Assembly (NCBI GenBank): GCA_938027685.1
Contig: CALJAM010000005.1
Span: 18,854 to 82,853 of the forward strand
Origin: an uncultured Bryobacteraceae bacterium
GTDB lineage: Bacteria; Acidobacteriota; Terriglobia; Bryobacterales; Bryobacteraceae
DNA: 64,000 bases
Direction: 5' to 3'
The position numbers and the translations under genes were made by a program. Shown one piece after another: positions 27,782 to 39,283 of this stretch. How positions within the stretch are numbered: the stretch's first letter is position 1; the number at the start of each line of letters is the position of its first letter. The notes under the pieces were generated by a model, which was given only the letters and a program-made list of their open reading frames with translations, did no database searches and was not told the DNA's origin.

Positions 27782-27925
27782 CGGCCGGCCGGTCCCGGGC
27801 ACCTGCCGCACCAGGTCCGGTTGCCAGCCTGCATGCGCGGCAGAGGTAGTCCCGCTCGCTGAGATCCCGCGCTCGTTGCCGGGCGCGCCGGAGCAGGGCC
27901 GGCACGCCGCTCGCGGACAAACGCC

Positions 27926-28333
27926 CTACTTCAGCATCTCGACCAGCTCGGCCAGCTCCCGCCGCACCTGCTCGAGCACGGCCATGGGATCCGCGAACAG
28001 CCGGCCCTGCTCGCCCGCCGGCGGCGACCTGCGTTGCCGCGAATGCTCGGCTAGCCATTGCCGCGCCCCGGCGATGGTGAACTTGCGTTCGTAAAGCAGG
28101 TGCTTGATCAGCAGCAGAAGTTCCAGATCCTTGCGCCGATACATCCGCTGGCCGCCGGGAGACTTCTTGGGCGAAAGCGAGGGGAACTCGGTCTCCCAAT
28201 AGCGGAGCACGTGCGGAGGCAGCCCGAGAATCCGGCTGGCTTCCCCGATGCGGAAATACAGCTTGCCGGGAAGAGCAGAGGTCCTCCCGGAGTCACCCGG
28301 ATTCAGGGGCGCGGCGGAGGCGGACTTGCTCAT
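27926..28333 (-). CDS. MerR family transcriptional regulator
   Basis: YFRIGEASRILGLPPHVLRYWETEFPSLSPKKSPGGQRMYRRKDLELLLLIKHLL is a MerR winged-HTH motif. Confidence 0.85.
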   Translation of the reverse strand: MSKSASAAPLNPGDSGRTSALPGKLYFRIGEASRILGLPPHVLRYWETEFPSLSPKKSPGGQRMYRRKDLELLLLIKHLLYERKFTIAGARQWLAEHSRQRRSPPAGEQGRLFADPMAVLEQVRRELAELVEMLK

Positions 28334-28349
28334 CAGCAGCAGACTACGC

Positions 28350-29666
28350 TCACGGTTCGAAACCCGGACGCGGGACTGGCACGTCCAGTCGGAGCTCCTT
28401 CATGAAACGCCCTCGCATCCAGCCCAGCCAGTTGTCGGTGTATCGCCGGTTCAAGTCTAACGTGGCCATGGCCGCCTGGCCGAGAGCGGGCGCCGAAGCC
28501 AGCGTGCGGCCTTCGGGATCCAAGATGTACGTGGGGTGATTATAACCCGAGGCCGCTAGGTAGACATGGTTCTCAACGGCCCTAGCTCTGGGTAGGGCCT
28601 CGTTGCCTCCCCAGATCGGCAGCAGGATCAGCTCCGCTCCCTTGATGGCCAGGTGACGCGCTGGGTCGGCGTACTGAAGATCCCAACAGATCATGATCCC
28701 CACCCGCCCGAAGTCGGTCTGGAACACCGGGAAGTCATCACCCGGCCTGAGTCCTCCCTCGATCTCTTCGCGTGGAAGATAGACCTTTCGGTACTTGCCG
28801 ACCAGCCGGCCCTGGCGATCGATCAGGACGGCGGTGTTGTAAATGGCGGGCGCCTCGCGCTCGTAAATACCCGCCACGATCCAGGCGTTGCGGCGGCGTG
28901 CGTACTCGCCCAGGCGAGCCGTCGTGGGCCCGGGCACGGGCTCGGCGACGTCCGCGTATTTCTTGCCCGTACCCACCAGCGTGATTCCTTCGCCCAGCAG
29001 GATGAGGTCCACTTTCCCGGGGACGGCTTTCTCGACGGCCTGGATAAAGCGGTCTACGTTCTCGGCTGCGGAGGTCCCGCCCGAGGGGCGATAGTTGACG
29101 GCCGCCACTGTGACTTCCCGCGGCCCCGGATTCGGGACGGGCTCGAGCGAAATGTCGTCCCACCAAATCGTGCCCAGCGGCGCATAAGCGAGGAAAAGTT
29201 GGATGGCCACGGCGGCCGCCTCCGGAGGCGCGGGCGCTTCCAGCGTCACTCGCCGCCACGCCCCCTGAGGCTCGGTGCGGAAGGCGTAATCCGGCTGGCC
29301 TGCGCGTCGGTCTCGGGCGTCGCGCCAGTCCAGGCGCGCTACGACCTGCCCAGGCTCGTACCCAAGACCTTCGGCCCGGTACCACGCCGTGAGGCGATAC
29401 CACGTCCCGGGCTTCACGCCCTCGATGACGCGCTCCCAACCTCCGTACACCGCTGCGTTGCTGGCCCCGGAAATCGCCAACGAGCCGGGTTCGCCGCGCG
29501 AGTGGATGTCGTCAACGTAAGTTCTGGGCGCGATCTCGGTCCGTGCGGCCCACGTCCGCCATCCCGCGGGCAAGCCTCCGGCACCTGGGCTAAAGCGGGA
29601 CTGGTGAAAGGGCACGGAAGCGGCCAGCGCGGCGACAGGCAACATACCCAGAAGCCGGGCCCTCAT
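28350..29666 (-). CDS. secreted carbon-nitrogen hydrolase with N-terminal CBM-like beta-sandwich
   Basis: Signal MRARLLGMLPVAALAAS begins at the ATG at 29666. The N-domain ends in TIWWDDISLEPV, which is CBM4/9-like. The C-domain has KVDLILLGEG, YRKVYLPREE and GIMICWDLQY, the Glu-Lys-Cys triad context of the nitrilase superfamily. Confidence 0.8.
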   Translation of the reverse strand: MRARLLGMLPVAALAASVPFHQSRFSPGAGGLPAGWRTWAARTEIAPRTYVDDIHSRGEPGSLAISGASNAAVYGGWERVIEGVKPGTWYRLTAWYRAEGLGYEPGQVVARLDWRDARDRRAGQPDYAFRTEPQGAWRRVTLEAPAPPEAAAVAIQLFLAYAPLGTIWWDDISLEPVPNPGPREVTVAAVNYRPSGGTSAAENVDRFIQAVEKAVPGKVDLILLGEGITLVGTGKKYADVAEPVPGPTTARLGEYARRRNAWIVAGIYEREAPAIYNTAVLIDRQGRLVGKYRKVYLPREEIEGGLRPGDDFPVFQTDFGRVGIMICWDLQYADPARHLAIKGAELILLPIWGGNEALPRARAVENHVYLAASGYNHPTYILDPEGRTLASAPALGQAAMATLDLNRRYTDNWLGWMRGRFMKELRLDVPVPRPGFEP

Positions 29667-29718
29667 GCGACGAGTATACCCCGGCCGCGGGCCGTGCTCT
29701 GTTATACTGCCTTGTCCC

Positions 29719-30621
29719 ATGTGCATTCCTGCTGATCGGCTCACGCGCCGCCAGTGGCTCGGCGGGCTTGCGGCTTTGCGCCTATCGGCTTCGACCGCTT
29801 ACAAGCCGAAACTGGCCGCCGGCTTCTACGTCTGGACGCAACAGTTTCAGTGGCAGAAGAGGCCGCTGGCCGAAGGGATCCCTGAGGCGCTCGCGGCCAC
29901 CCGGCGGGCCGGCTATCGCGCCGTCGAGCTGCTGGCGCAATGCTTCGACGCCGAAACGGCCGAAATCACTTTGAGAGCGTTGCGAGAAAGCCGGCTGGAG
30001 GCTCCCAGCGTTTACAAAGGCGGCCCCATGCACACGGCCGCCGAGGCCGAGCAAACGATCGCCGAAACGCTGCGGTTGGCGGCTGCCGCGCGGGCCGCGG
30101 GAGTGCACCTTGTCAACTTCAATCCCAGTCCCAAACCCAACAAGCAGCGTAAGAGCGACGAGGAGCTGGATGCGCAAGCGCATCACGTGAACGCGCTGGC
30201 CGAGAAGTTACGCCTGCAGGGCTTCCGGCTCCACTTGCATCACCACGATCCCGAAATGGCCGAGAACGCCCGAGAATGGCGTCACCTTCTGGCCAATACC
30301 GACCCCAAGCTGGTCGGCTTCTGCATCGATGTGGACTGGGTGTATCGCGGCGGGCAGAAGCCTATCGAGATCCTCGAGGCAGCGGGCCCGCGGTTGGTGA
30401 GCCTCCACCTTCGCAACAGCCGGGAGGGCGTCTGGGCCGAAGATTTCGGCGAGGGCGACATCGACTACCGCGAGGTGGCGGCCTGCCTGAAAAAGATGGG
30501 CTTCCAGGGTTGGCTGATCGTGGAGTTGGCCTGGCGCAAGGATACGCCCGTCACACGTTCGCTGGAAGAAAACCTCCGCCTCAGCCGTCGCTACGCGGAA
30601 CAGATCTTCGGCGTCTCCTGA
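29719..30621 (+). CDS. xylose isomerase-like TIM-barrel protein (sugar phosphate isomerase/epimerase) with Tat signal
   Basis: LTRRQWLGGLAALRLSA is a twin-arginine signal, from the ATG at 29719. LHLHHHDPEM...CIDVDWV...LHLRNS...GWLIVEL is the AP_endonuc_2-type pattern. Confidence 0.8.
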   Translation: MCIPADRLTRRQWLGGLAALRLSASTAYKPKLAAGFYVWTQQFQWQKRPLAEGIPEALAATRRAGYRAVELLAQCFDAETAEITLRALRESRLEAPSVYKGGPMHTAAEAEQTIAETLRLAAAARAAGVHLVNFNPSPKPNKQRKSDEELDAQAHHVNALAEKLRLQGFRLHLHHHDPEMAENAREWRHLLANTDPKLVGFCIDVDWVYRGGQKPIEILEAAGPRLVSLHLRNSREGVWAEDFGEGDIDYREVAACLKKMGFQGWLIVELAWRKDTPVTRSLEENLRLSRRYAEQIFGVS

Positions 30622-30637
30622 CCGCCGAAGATGGGGC

Positions 30638-31501
30638 TTAGGCCTCCAGGCCCAGCTCTCTCAACTCCGCGCGCACCCACGCGAGGCTGCGTTCGATGAG
30701 CGGGCCGCCCTGGCCTTCGCACTCCAGACTCAGCACGCCGTCGTAGCCCGCTTCGCGCAGCCGGCGCAGGATGAGCCGGATGTTTTCCGCGTTCACGCCG
30801 TCTCCAATGGCGCAATGGCTGACGGCTATGCCCGTCAGTTCTCCGCGCAACGCCCGCGCGAGCTCGGGGCTAACATCCTTGATGTGCACGTGGTCGACCC
30901 GGTCAAGAAAGCGCTCCAGATACGCGACCGGATCCTGCCCCGCGATGTAAGTGTTGCCCGTGTCCATGTTCAGCCGCAGGTAGGGCGAATCGCTGAAAGC
31001 CAGCATCTCGGCCATGAACTCGGGCTTCGTCGTGTAGTAGCCGTGCGGCTCGATATTCACAGTGATCTGGTACGCCTCGGCCACTCGCAGGATCTGAAGG
31101 TAGATGCGTCGCAAATGCTCCATCACCTCGCGGTCGCTGACGCCCTCGGGTTTGTGGCGATCGTCGGTGGTGTCCACCCGCGGACATCCGGCCAGTTTCG
31201 CCCAGCGGATGGCGTGAAGCACGTACTCGACGCCGAGCGTAGCGCCCTCGGGCAGCGAGAGCGGAAAAGCGGCATCGAGCTGGGAGAACCGAACCCCGTA
31301 CCGCTCCATCTTGCGTCGCAACAGCAGGGGGTCCTCCCAGAGCGCGACGTGCGGCTGATAGCCGAGGCCGTGGATCCAGCTCACGCCGTCAATCGCTCCA
31401 CACTCGATGAAGGGGATCCGGTGGCGACGGGCCCACTCCAGGCACTGCTCGAAGTTCCAGTAGCTGGAATTGAAGGCGTCGGTGTGAAAGCCAATCTTCA
31501 T
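30638..31501 (-). CDS. xylose isomerase-like TIM-barrel protein
   Basis: MKIGFHTDAF...VNIEPHGYYT...LNMDTGNTYIAG...VHIKDV...LSLECEG is typical of the sugar phosphate isomerase/epimerase family. Confidence 0.8.
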   Translation of the reverse strand: MKIGFHTDAFNSSYWNFEQCLEWARRHRIPFIECGAIDGVSWIHGLGYQPHVALWEDPLLLRRKMERYGVRFSQLDAAFPLSLPEGATLGVEYVLHAIRWAKLAGCPRVDTTDDRHKPEGVSDREVMEHLRRIYLQILRVAEAYQITVNIEPHGYYTTKPEFMAEMLAFSDSPYLRLNMDTGNTYIAGQDPVAYLERFLDRVDHVHIKDVSPELARALRGELTGIAVSHCAIGDGVNAENIRLILRRLREAGYDGVLSLECEGQGGPLIERSLAWVRAELRELGLEA

Positions 31502-31522
31502 GCCGGCTCCGGCCCGGATGGC

Positions 31523-32167
31523 TCAGGCGGCCTGCTTACCTAAGAGGCGGCGCGCGAGCGAGACCGCCACACTGGCGTTTTCGCCGTAGCCGTCGGCGCC
31601 GATTTCATCGGCGTACTTTTGCGTGAGCGGCGCCCCGCCGACCATGACCTTCACACGATCACGGATGCCGGCGGCCTCGAGCGCCTCGATGGTCGTCTTC
31701 ATGGCGGGCATGGTCACGGTGAGCAGCGCGGAGAGTGCGACGATCTGGGCGTCATGCTGTTGGACCGCCTCGACGAATTTTTCCGGGGGCACGTCGGCGC
31801 CCAGATCAATCACCTGGAAGCCGCCGCCCTCCAGCATCGAGGCCACGAGATTCTTGCCGATGTCGTGCAGGTCGCCTTTCACCGTGCCGATGACGACCCG
31901 GCCCAGGGGTTGTGCGCCTCGCGCCGCAAGCAGCGGCCGGATCAGCTCCATGGCGCTCTTCATGGCTCGCGCCGAAAGCAGCAGTTCGGGCACGAAATAT
32001 TCCTCGGCCTCGAAACGCCGGCCCACTTCGTTCATTGCCGGGATCATGTATCGGGTCACCAGCTCCATGGGATCGGCGTTCTCGGCCAGCGCTTCCTGCG
32101 TGACGGACACCGCCGTCTTGGCATCGCCGTTGACTACCGCGTCGTAGAGTCGGGAGAGATCAACCAT
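31523..32167 (-). CDS. corrinoid (B12)-binding domain protein
   Basis: An N-terminal helical cap is followed by VVIGTVKGDLHDIGKNLV, the DxHxxG cobalamin lower-ligand motif. ALSALLTVTM...VMVGGAP is the Rossmann-like B12-binding fold. Confidence 0.85.
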   Translation of the reverse strand: MVDLSRLYDAVVNGDAKTAVSVTQEALAENADPMELVTRYMIPAMNEVGRRFEAEEYFVPELLLSARAMKSAMELIRPLLAARGAQPLGRVVIGTVKGDLHDIGKNLVASMLEGGGFQVIDLGADVPPEKFVEAVQQHDAQIVALSALLTVTMPAMKTTIEALEAAGIRDRVKVMVGGAPLTQKYADEIGADGYGENASVAVSLARRLLGKQAA

Positions 32168-32213
32168 AATTCCTCGCTTACCGAAAGACGCGTCCTATTG
32201 TAAAACGGACCGC

Positions 32214-33902
<1,689 letters not shown>

Positions 33903-33913
33903 AGCTCCTAAGC

Positions 33914-36900
33914 CTACCACTCCAGCCGCAAGCCCGTGCGGAAAGAGCGCGGGCCGGTGGTGTCGAGGGGCTGCTCGCCGCCGGCGCCTGTGATCACGCC
34001 CGCTGTGGCGAGCGAAGTGATGTTGGTGCCCGGATTATTCCAGTTCGGGTGGTTGAAGAAGTTCGTCGAGGTGATCTCCCAGCGCAGGCGCGCCCGCTCG
34101 CCGAAGTAGAAGTGCTTGGCGAGACCGGCGTTAAAGGCCCACGATGAAGGCCCCTTGATGACGCCTTTGGCCGAGGTTCCGTATCGGCCGAATGCCGGCG
34201 GTGCGAAGGCCGAAACGTCGAACCAGCGGGCCGTGGAGCGCCGATCCTTGGGCAGATTCGCATTGCGCAGGTGGTCGGGGCGAATCGTTACCTGCGCAGG
34301 CGTGCGCGAGGTAGTGTAAGCCGTGCCCGTGGGATCAGGACCGGTCCATTGCGGGGTCAGGAACTGACCGGAGTAGTAACTGTAAATTCCGCTCAGCTCC
34401 CAGCCGTGGAGCAAGCCGCGCTTGAGACCGCGGTACCCTTTGCCGAACGGGAACTCGTAGATGAAATTGCCCGAGACACGGTGGGTGGGAATGTCCAACC
34501 AGACGGCGCGCTCGCGCTTGCGGTCGTAGGCGTTTTCGGGCGACTCGCCACGCTCCAGATCGCCGATGTCGCGCGCCCAGGTCCAGGAAAACTGGTAAGC
34601 CAGGCCCCGGGCAAAGCGACGTTCGATTTCCAGTTGCATGGAATGATACTGGTGCCCGGCCCCGTTGGAGAGGTACGTTATGCCGGGGTAACGCGGGAAG
34701 GGCCGCGGTTTGTCCACATACGGGCGAGTATCCGGGACGGGTTGGTTGATGTTATAACCCCACTCGCCCTGGCGGGTGTTGGTGCCGATGTAAGAGAGGC
34801 GGAAGCCGGTGTCCCAACGCTGATGCTCGAGCGTGAGACTGTACTGCATCGAGTAAGGCGTACGCAGGTCCTTACGCACGGCGCTGGGCAGCGAAATGGT
34901 AGTGGGTCCGGCAACCGAGGTGGGGAACACGACCGGCAGCACGATGGCGGGGACCGGCGTTGGGTTGGTATAGGAAGGCTCGTTGATGACGAAGGGCGCA
35001 CCGCCTGCCGAGACCGCGCGGGGCACAACGTCGTAGAAAATGCCGTAGCCGCCGCGGATCACAAAATCGGGACCGAAGGGCCGCCAGGCGAGACTGAAGC
35101 GCGGGGCGAGATTGTTGTATTCGTTCGTGATGAGGCGGCTCGAATGGAAACCGAGGCTGGACGCTTCGGCCACCTCGACATAGCCCCTGGGCAGCAACGG
35201 GCTGACCTTACGCAGCGAGCCGTCGGGCACTACGATTTTTCCTGAATCCACGTCGAACATGGCCTGGGCACCCGAGCCTTCCGTCCAGGCGGGCTTGAGT
35301 TCGTATCGAACGCCGATATTGAGGGTCACGTCGGGGCGGACTTTCCATTCGTCCGTGACGAAGAAATCCCAGTTCCAGCGCAGCCGATCGATGTACAGGC
35401 TGGGCGCGGCGCGCGAGGAGGTCGTCGGGATGCCGAGCAGAAAGTCTGCGTACGGGTGACCTGTGAAGCGATTGGAGAAGGTCGCGGCGCCGAAGAGGTT
35501 ACTGGGCATCTGCCAATCCTCGAACTTGGTCCGCCCGGCGATGACGCCGGCCTTCAGCGAGTGGCGACCGCGGAACCAGCTCAGGTGCTCCTGGAACTGC
35601 TGGGCAAAGTTCTTGAACCCGGGATGACGCCACTGGGTCTGGGAGATGCCCGTGATGCCGATGCCGGAGAAGGAGACCTGGAAAACGCCGTTGACGTCGG
35701 GCAGGTTGGGCGCCAAGCCCTGCAGCCCCAGGTACTGCACCACCTCCAGGCCGCGCAAAGGGCCGTGACGCGGGTTGTCATTCCAGGCGTAGCCCCATCG
35801 GAACTCGTTGACGAAGTTGGGCTTGATGCTCCAGGTGTAGGAGGCCTGCACGGCGCGCGTGTCACGGGTCTGCCACCTGCGCCCGATAGCGGGCAGAGGG
35901 CTGTCGTAGTCGCGGGAATGCGAGCGGTTCCACGTGTAACGCCCGAACACAAAGTGCTTTTCGCTGAAGCGGTGATCAAGCCGGAGCGTCCAGTAGGTAT
36001 TCGGATCGAAAGGCCGCAGTAGTTGCAGGCGGTGGTTCAGAGCGCGGAACGTGTCCGGGTCAGGTTGATTAGGCAGGGGATAGAAACGCTCCTGGATTTT
36101 AAGCGAGACCGGGTTGAGGCGGGAGGACGGGATGCGGTTGCCGGGGAAGGGTGCATTTCCGGCCAAAGGATCGCGTATCCCCGTGGTCTCTCGACTGAAA
36201 TCGCCCGCACGCCAGGAAGGGATAGGCACGGTGGCGTTCAGGTTCGATAGGGTCTGCGAGCCGCGGCTGGTTTCGAAGGTGTAGAAGAAGAAGCTGCGAT
36301 TGTGACCGTCGTAAAGCTTCGGCAGGTAGATCGGGCCGCCGACGGAACCGCCGGGGTTGTGGCGCACTCCCGTGCTTCGCTGCGCCGCGAAGGGATTGCG
36401 CGCGCGGAACCAGGGCGTCACGTAGTAATCAAAGAGAGACCCGCGCCATTCGTTGGATCCGCTTTTGGAGATGATGGTGACCTGGCCGATGCCTCCGTAC
36501 TCGGCCGTGTTGTTGGCCATGTCCACGCGGACTTCAGCGAACGATTCGATCGCAGAGACCAGCGGCGAAATCTGGGTGCCGTCGTACTGGTTTGAGTGCG
36601 TGATGCCGTCAATGGAGGAGTCGGACTGGTTGGCCCGCGAGCCCGCGAAGCGACGGGTTGCCGAGCCGCCCCCGGCCTGCACCACGCCCGGCGATAGGCC
36701 AATGAAGCTCCACAGCGAACGCGTGTTCAAAGGGAGGCTGACCAGATAGCGGTCGGATTTGGAGTCCCAGATGCGCGCGGTTTCGGTTTCAATGAGTGCG
36801 GCGCCCGCTGTCACCTCGATCCGCGCCTCGACTGCGCCTACCTCCAGGCGGGCGTCGAGCCGCCGGATTTCCAGCGCGGAAACCTGCATCCCGGTTGCTA

Positions 36901-37168
36901 CGAACTCCTTGAAACCCGGCGCGGTGATGCGCACCGTATAGGTTCCCTCGCGCAACTGGGCCAGCGTGTAGTTGCCCACCTCGTTGGCCCTCGCCGTGTA
37001 GCGATACCCCGTGGCCTGCTCGACGGCTTCCACGCTTGCTCCCGGCACGGCCGCTCCCGTTTGATCGGTTACGGTCCCGGTAATAGTGGCGAAGGTGGTT
37101 TGCGCGGCAGCGGGCCGCACAGCCAGCAACACCGTCCACGCGATCGTGGCCATCCGGCTGAGTCTCAT
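33914..37168 (-). CDS. TonB-dependent receptor with N-terminal carboxypeptidase-regulatory-like domain
   Basis: ATG at 37168 gives MRLSRMATIAWTVLLAVRPAAAQTTFATITGTVTDQTGAAVPGASVE...YTVRITAPGFKEF. The body is a beta-barrel of about 1080 aa ending in RTGLRLEW. Confidence 0.85.
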   Translation of the reverse strand: MRLSRMATIAWTVLLAVRPAAAQTTFATITGTVTDQTGAAVPGASVEAVEQATGYRYTARANEVGNYTLAQLREGTYTVRITAPGFKEFVATGMQVSALEIRRLDARLEVGAVEARIEVTAGAALIETETARIWDSKSDRYLVSLPLNTRSLWSFIGLSPGVVQAGGGSATRRFAGSRANQSDSSIDGITHSNQYDGTQISPLVSAIESFAEVRVDMANNTAEYGGIGQVTIISKSGSNEWRGSLFDYYVTPWFRARNPFAAQRSTGVRHNPGGSVGGPIYLPKLYDGHNRSFFFYTFETSRGSQTLSNLNATVPIPSWRAGDFSRETTGIRDPLAGNAPFPGNRIPSSRLNPVSLKIQERFYPLPNQPDPDTFRALNHRLQLLRPFDPNTYWTLRLDHRFSEKHFVFGRYTWNRSHSRDYDSPLPAIGRRWQTRDTRAVQASYTWSIKPNFVNEFRWGYAWNDNPRHGPLRGLEVVQYLGLQGLAPNLPDVNGVFQVSFSGIGITGISQTQWRHPGFKNFAQQFQEHLSWFRGRHSLKAGVIAGRTKFEDWQMPSNLFGAATFSNRFTGHPYADFLLGIPTTSSRAAPSLYIDRLRWNWDFFVTDEWKVRPDVTLNIGVRYELKPAWTEGSGAQAMFDVDSGKIVVPDGSLRKVSPLLPRGYVEVAEASSLGFHSSRLITNEYNNLAPRFSLAWRPFGPDFVIRGGYGIFYDVVPRAVSAGGAPFVINEPSYTNPTPVPAIVLPVVFPTSVAGPTTISLPSAVRKDLRTPYSMQYSLTLEHQRWDTGFRLSYIGTNTRQGEWGYNINQPVPDTRPYVDKPRPFPRYPGITYLSNGAGHQYHSMQLEIERRFARGLAYQFSWTWARDIGDLERGESPENAYDRKRERAVWLDIPTHRVSGNFIYEFPFGKGYRGLKRGLLHGWELSGIYSYYSGQFLTPQWTGPDPTGTAYTTSRTPAQVTIRPDHLRNANLPKDRRSTARWFDVSAFAPPAFGRYGTSAKGVIKGPSSWAFNAGLAKHFYFGERARLRWEITSTNFFNHPNWNNPGTNITSLATAGVITGAGGEQPLDTTGPRSFRTGLRLEW

Positions 37169-37430
37169 GGCGTCCCCCTTTCCCACCTGGCCCAACTCCT
37201 GGGGCGCAGGCAATTGAGAAAATACCAAAGTCCTCCGCCGCGGGCAAGTCTCGCAGAGCACGCGGAGAGCGCACGAGAGTCCACGCACGTCCGGACCCAC
37301 GCAGCACCGGCACGCCCGAAGACCCATCCCGAGGGTAGACCGTAGCAAACCCGTGCGCGGGAGCTCGGCCGTATCGCTGCGAGCCCGCATTCTCGGTCCT
37401 CGGCCTCAGTCACCAACGTCGGGAAGCGAC

Positions 37431-37460
37431 TTGACGCTTGGGGCGGAACTGGGTTAGAGT
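37431..37460 (+). promoter_or_regulatory. sigma-70-type promoter candidate for the transglycosylase gene
   Basis: TTGACG (37431-37436), an 18-nt spacer, then TAGAGT (37455-37460). It lies about 45 nt upstream of the GTG at 37506. Confidence 0.3.
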
Positions 37461-37505
37461 CGGAGTTTTGTCGGGGAACTCAGGAGCTTTGGAAACGGTG
37501 CCACA

Positions 37506-39167
37506 GTGCTAGTTCACGGGTCCCGACTCAAGAGCCTGGCAGCGGCCTGCTTCCTGCTCGCGAGCGGTTGCACGGGGGTACGCATCGGCCAGCCCGTGAA
37601 CAGCTTTGTCCCTCCGGCCCCCAGGGCCATGCCGGTGCTGGCCCCACCCGAGACTGCGACGCTGCCGCAGCGTGATCTGCATGCCGAGTTGGCCCGGGCG
37701 CCGCGGCCGCCCGTGGTGGACGCCTCGCTGTCGGGGCCCCCGTGGGTGGGCACTCTGTTGAGGCAGGCGGACTGGCACATGCAGTTGGGGCGTCGCGCTC
37801 TCGAGCAAGGGGACGCCGATCGGGCGCGCCGGGAATTCGATCGCGCCCTGGATGTGCTGTTGGCCCCGCGCGAGAGTGCAAGCCCGGCGGCAGAAAGCCG
37901 CATTCGCAACAAGATCGAGGAGCTGGTTGAGGCCATTCACTCCCACGACGTCGAGTTGCTCAGCGCCGCAGATCCAGGCGATGACCAGGCGGCCGAGAAA
38001 GCGCCGCTCGACGAGATTCCGCGTTTGACCTTCCCGATCGATCCGGCCTTCAAGAATCAGATCCACGAGGAGTTGCGGGTGACCTGCTCGCAGTTGCCGC
38101 TGGAGGCGCCGGACCCTGTGCTTGCCTACATCCGTTATTTCTCCAGCGGGAAGGGACGCCGGATCCTCATCTACGGACTCAAGCGCGCGGGCCGTTACCG
38201 TTCGATGATCCAGCGAATCCTGGACGAGGAAGGGCTGCCGCAGGAACTGATCCACGTAGCCCAGGCCGAGTCCGGCTTCTCCCCGCGAGCGGTGTCGCGG
38301 CGGCGGGCGACGGGGATGTGGCAGTTCATCAAGTCGCGCGGCCAGGAGTACGGACTCGAACAAACACCCTACACCGACGACCGCCGCGATCCGGAGAAAG
38401 CCACGCGAGCGGCCGCCCGACACCTGCGGGACCTTTATCACCAGTTCGGCGATTGGTACTTGGCTCTGGCAGCGTACAACGCGGGACCGCTGGCGGTGCA
38501 GCGCGCCGTCGAGCGCACTGGGTACGCCGACTTCTGGGAGTTGTACAAGCGCAATGTGCTGCCGCGCGAAACCAGCCACTACGTTCCCATCATCCTGGCC
38601 ATGATCATCATGGCGAAGAACCCCGCCGCGCACGGCCTGGAGGGAATCGAAACCGACGCACCGATCGAATACGACACCATCGAAATGACGGCTCCGGCCG
38701 GCCTCGGGCTTGTCGCTGACCTGCTGGACCGCCCCGTGGCCGAATTGCGCGAGCTGAACCCCGCGCTGCTAAAGGATGTGGCGCCGACGGGCTACCTGCT
38801 CAAGGTGCCGAAGGGTTCCGGCCAACACTTGGCGGCGCTGCTGGAAGGGATCCCGGCCGAGCGGCGCCTGGGCATGCGGGCACATCGCGTGGCGGAGGGC
38901 GAGACGCTAACCTCGATCGCGAGGCGCTACCGCGTAGCAGAGCGCTCCCTGGCTGCCGTCAACGGAGCCCTTGTCGATGGCTTGCAGCCCGGCGATATCC
39001 TGCTGGTGCCCGTAGGCCAGGGCGCGACGACCGAACCGGCGGCCCGCACACGCATGCCGGCACGCAGACAATCCACCGGCCGGGCTACGGCCGGCGCCCG
39101 GGCGGTCAAGCGCACCACGGTGGCGAGAGTTCCCACAGCTTCCGGCCGAGCGGCAGCGCGTCCCTGA
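37506..39167 (+). CDS. lytic transglycosylase (SLT domain) lipoprotein with LysM, MltD-like
   Basis: Lipobox LLASGC. The SLT motif is AQAESGFSPRAVSRRRATGMWQFI...AYNAG. The C-terminal LysM is HRVAEGETLTSIARRYRV...LAAVNG. Confidence 0.85.
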   Translation: MLVHGSRLKSLAAACFLLASGCTGVRIGQPVNSFVPPAPRAMPVLAPPETATLPQRDLHAELARAPRPPVVDASLSGPPWVGTLLRQADWHMQLGRRALEQGDADRARREFDRALDVLLAPRESASPAAESRIRNKIEELVEAIHSHDVELLSAADPGDDQAAEKAPLDEIPRLTFPIDPAFKNQIHEELRVTCSQLPLEAPDPVLAYIRYFSSGKGRRILIYGLKRAGRYRSMIQRILDEEGLPQELIHVAQAESGFSPRAVSRRRATGMWQFIKSRGQEYGLEQTPYTDDRRDPEKATRAAARHLRDLYHQFGDWYLALAAYNAGPLAVQRAVERTGYADFWELYKRNVLPRETSHYVPIILAMIIMAKNPAAHGLEGIETDAPIEYDTIEMTAPAGLGLVADLLDRPVAELRELNPALLKDVAPTGYLLKVPKGSGQHLAALLEGIPAERRLGMRAHRVAEGETLTSIARRYRVAERSLAAVNGALVDGLQPGDILLVPVGQGATTEPAARTRMPARRQSTGRATAGARAVKRTTVARVPTASGRAAARP

Positions 39168-39222
39168 ACCCCACACGCCCGCGGCTCGGGCCATGGTGAA
39201 GTCGAACCCCCCCGATTCACTC

Positions 39223-39250
39223 TTGCTTTCGGCGAAAAAAGCGTTATTCT
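39223..39250 (+). promoter_or_regulatory. sigma-70-type promoter candidate for the H1-like gene
   Basis: TTGCTT (39223-39228), a 16-nt spacer, then TATTCT (39245-39250). AGGAGG lies upstream of the ATG at 39284. Confidence 0.25.
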
Positions 39251-39283
39251 ATGTGATGACCGAGCACACAGGAGGCTCCTGAA

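Noticed and set aside
28377-28393. Sigma-54-like TGGCAC element
   Set aside because: It lies inside the 3' coding region of the C-N hydrolase gene. The expected TTGC -12 element five nt downstream is absent (GTCCAGTCGG).
37169-37505. Cobalamin riboswitch upstream of the TonB-dependent receptor (also checked 58027-58359)
   Set aside because: The minus-strand sequence has no B12-box (GCCACTG-type) or GGGAA...GGTG.AA.TCC core. At 58027-58090 a near-consensus promoter leaves a leader of only about 30 nt.
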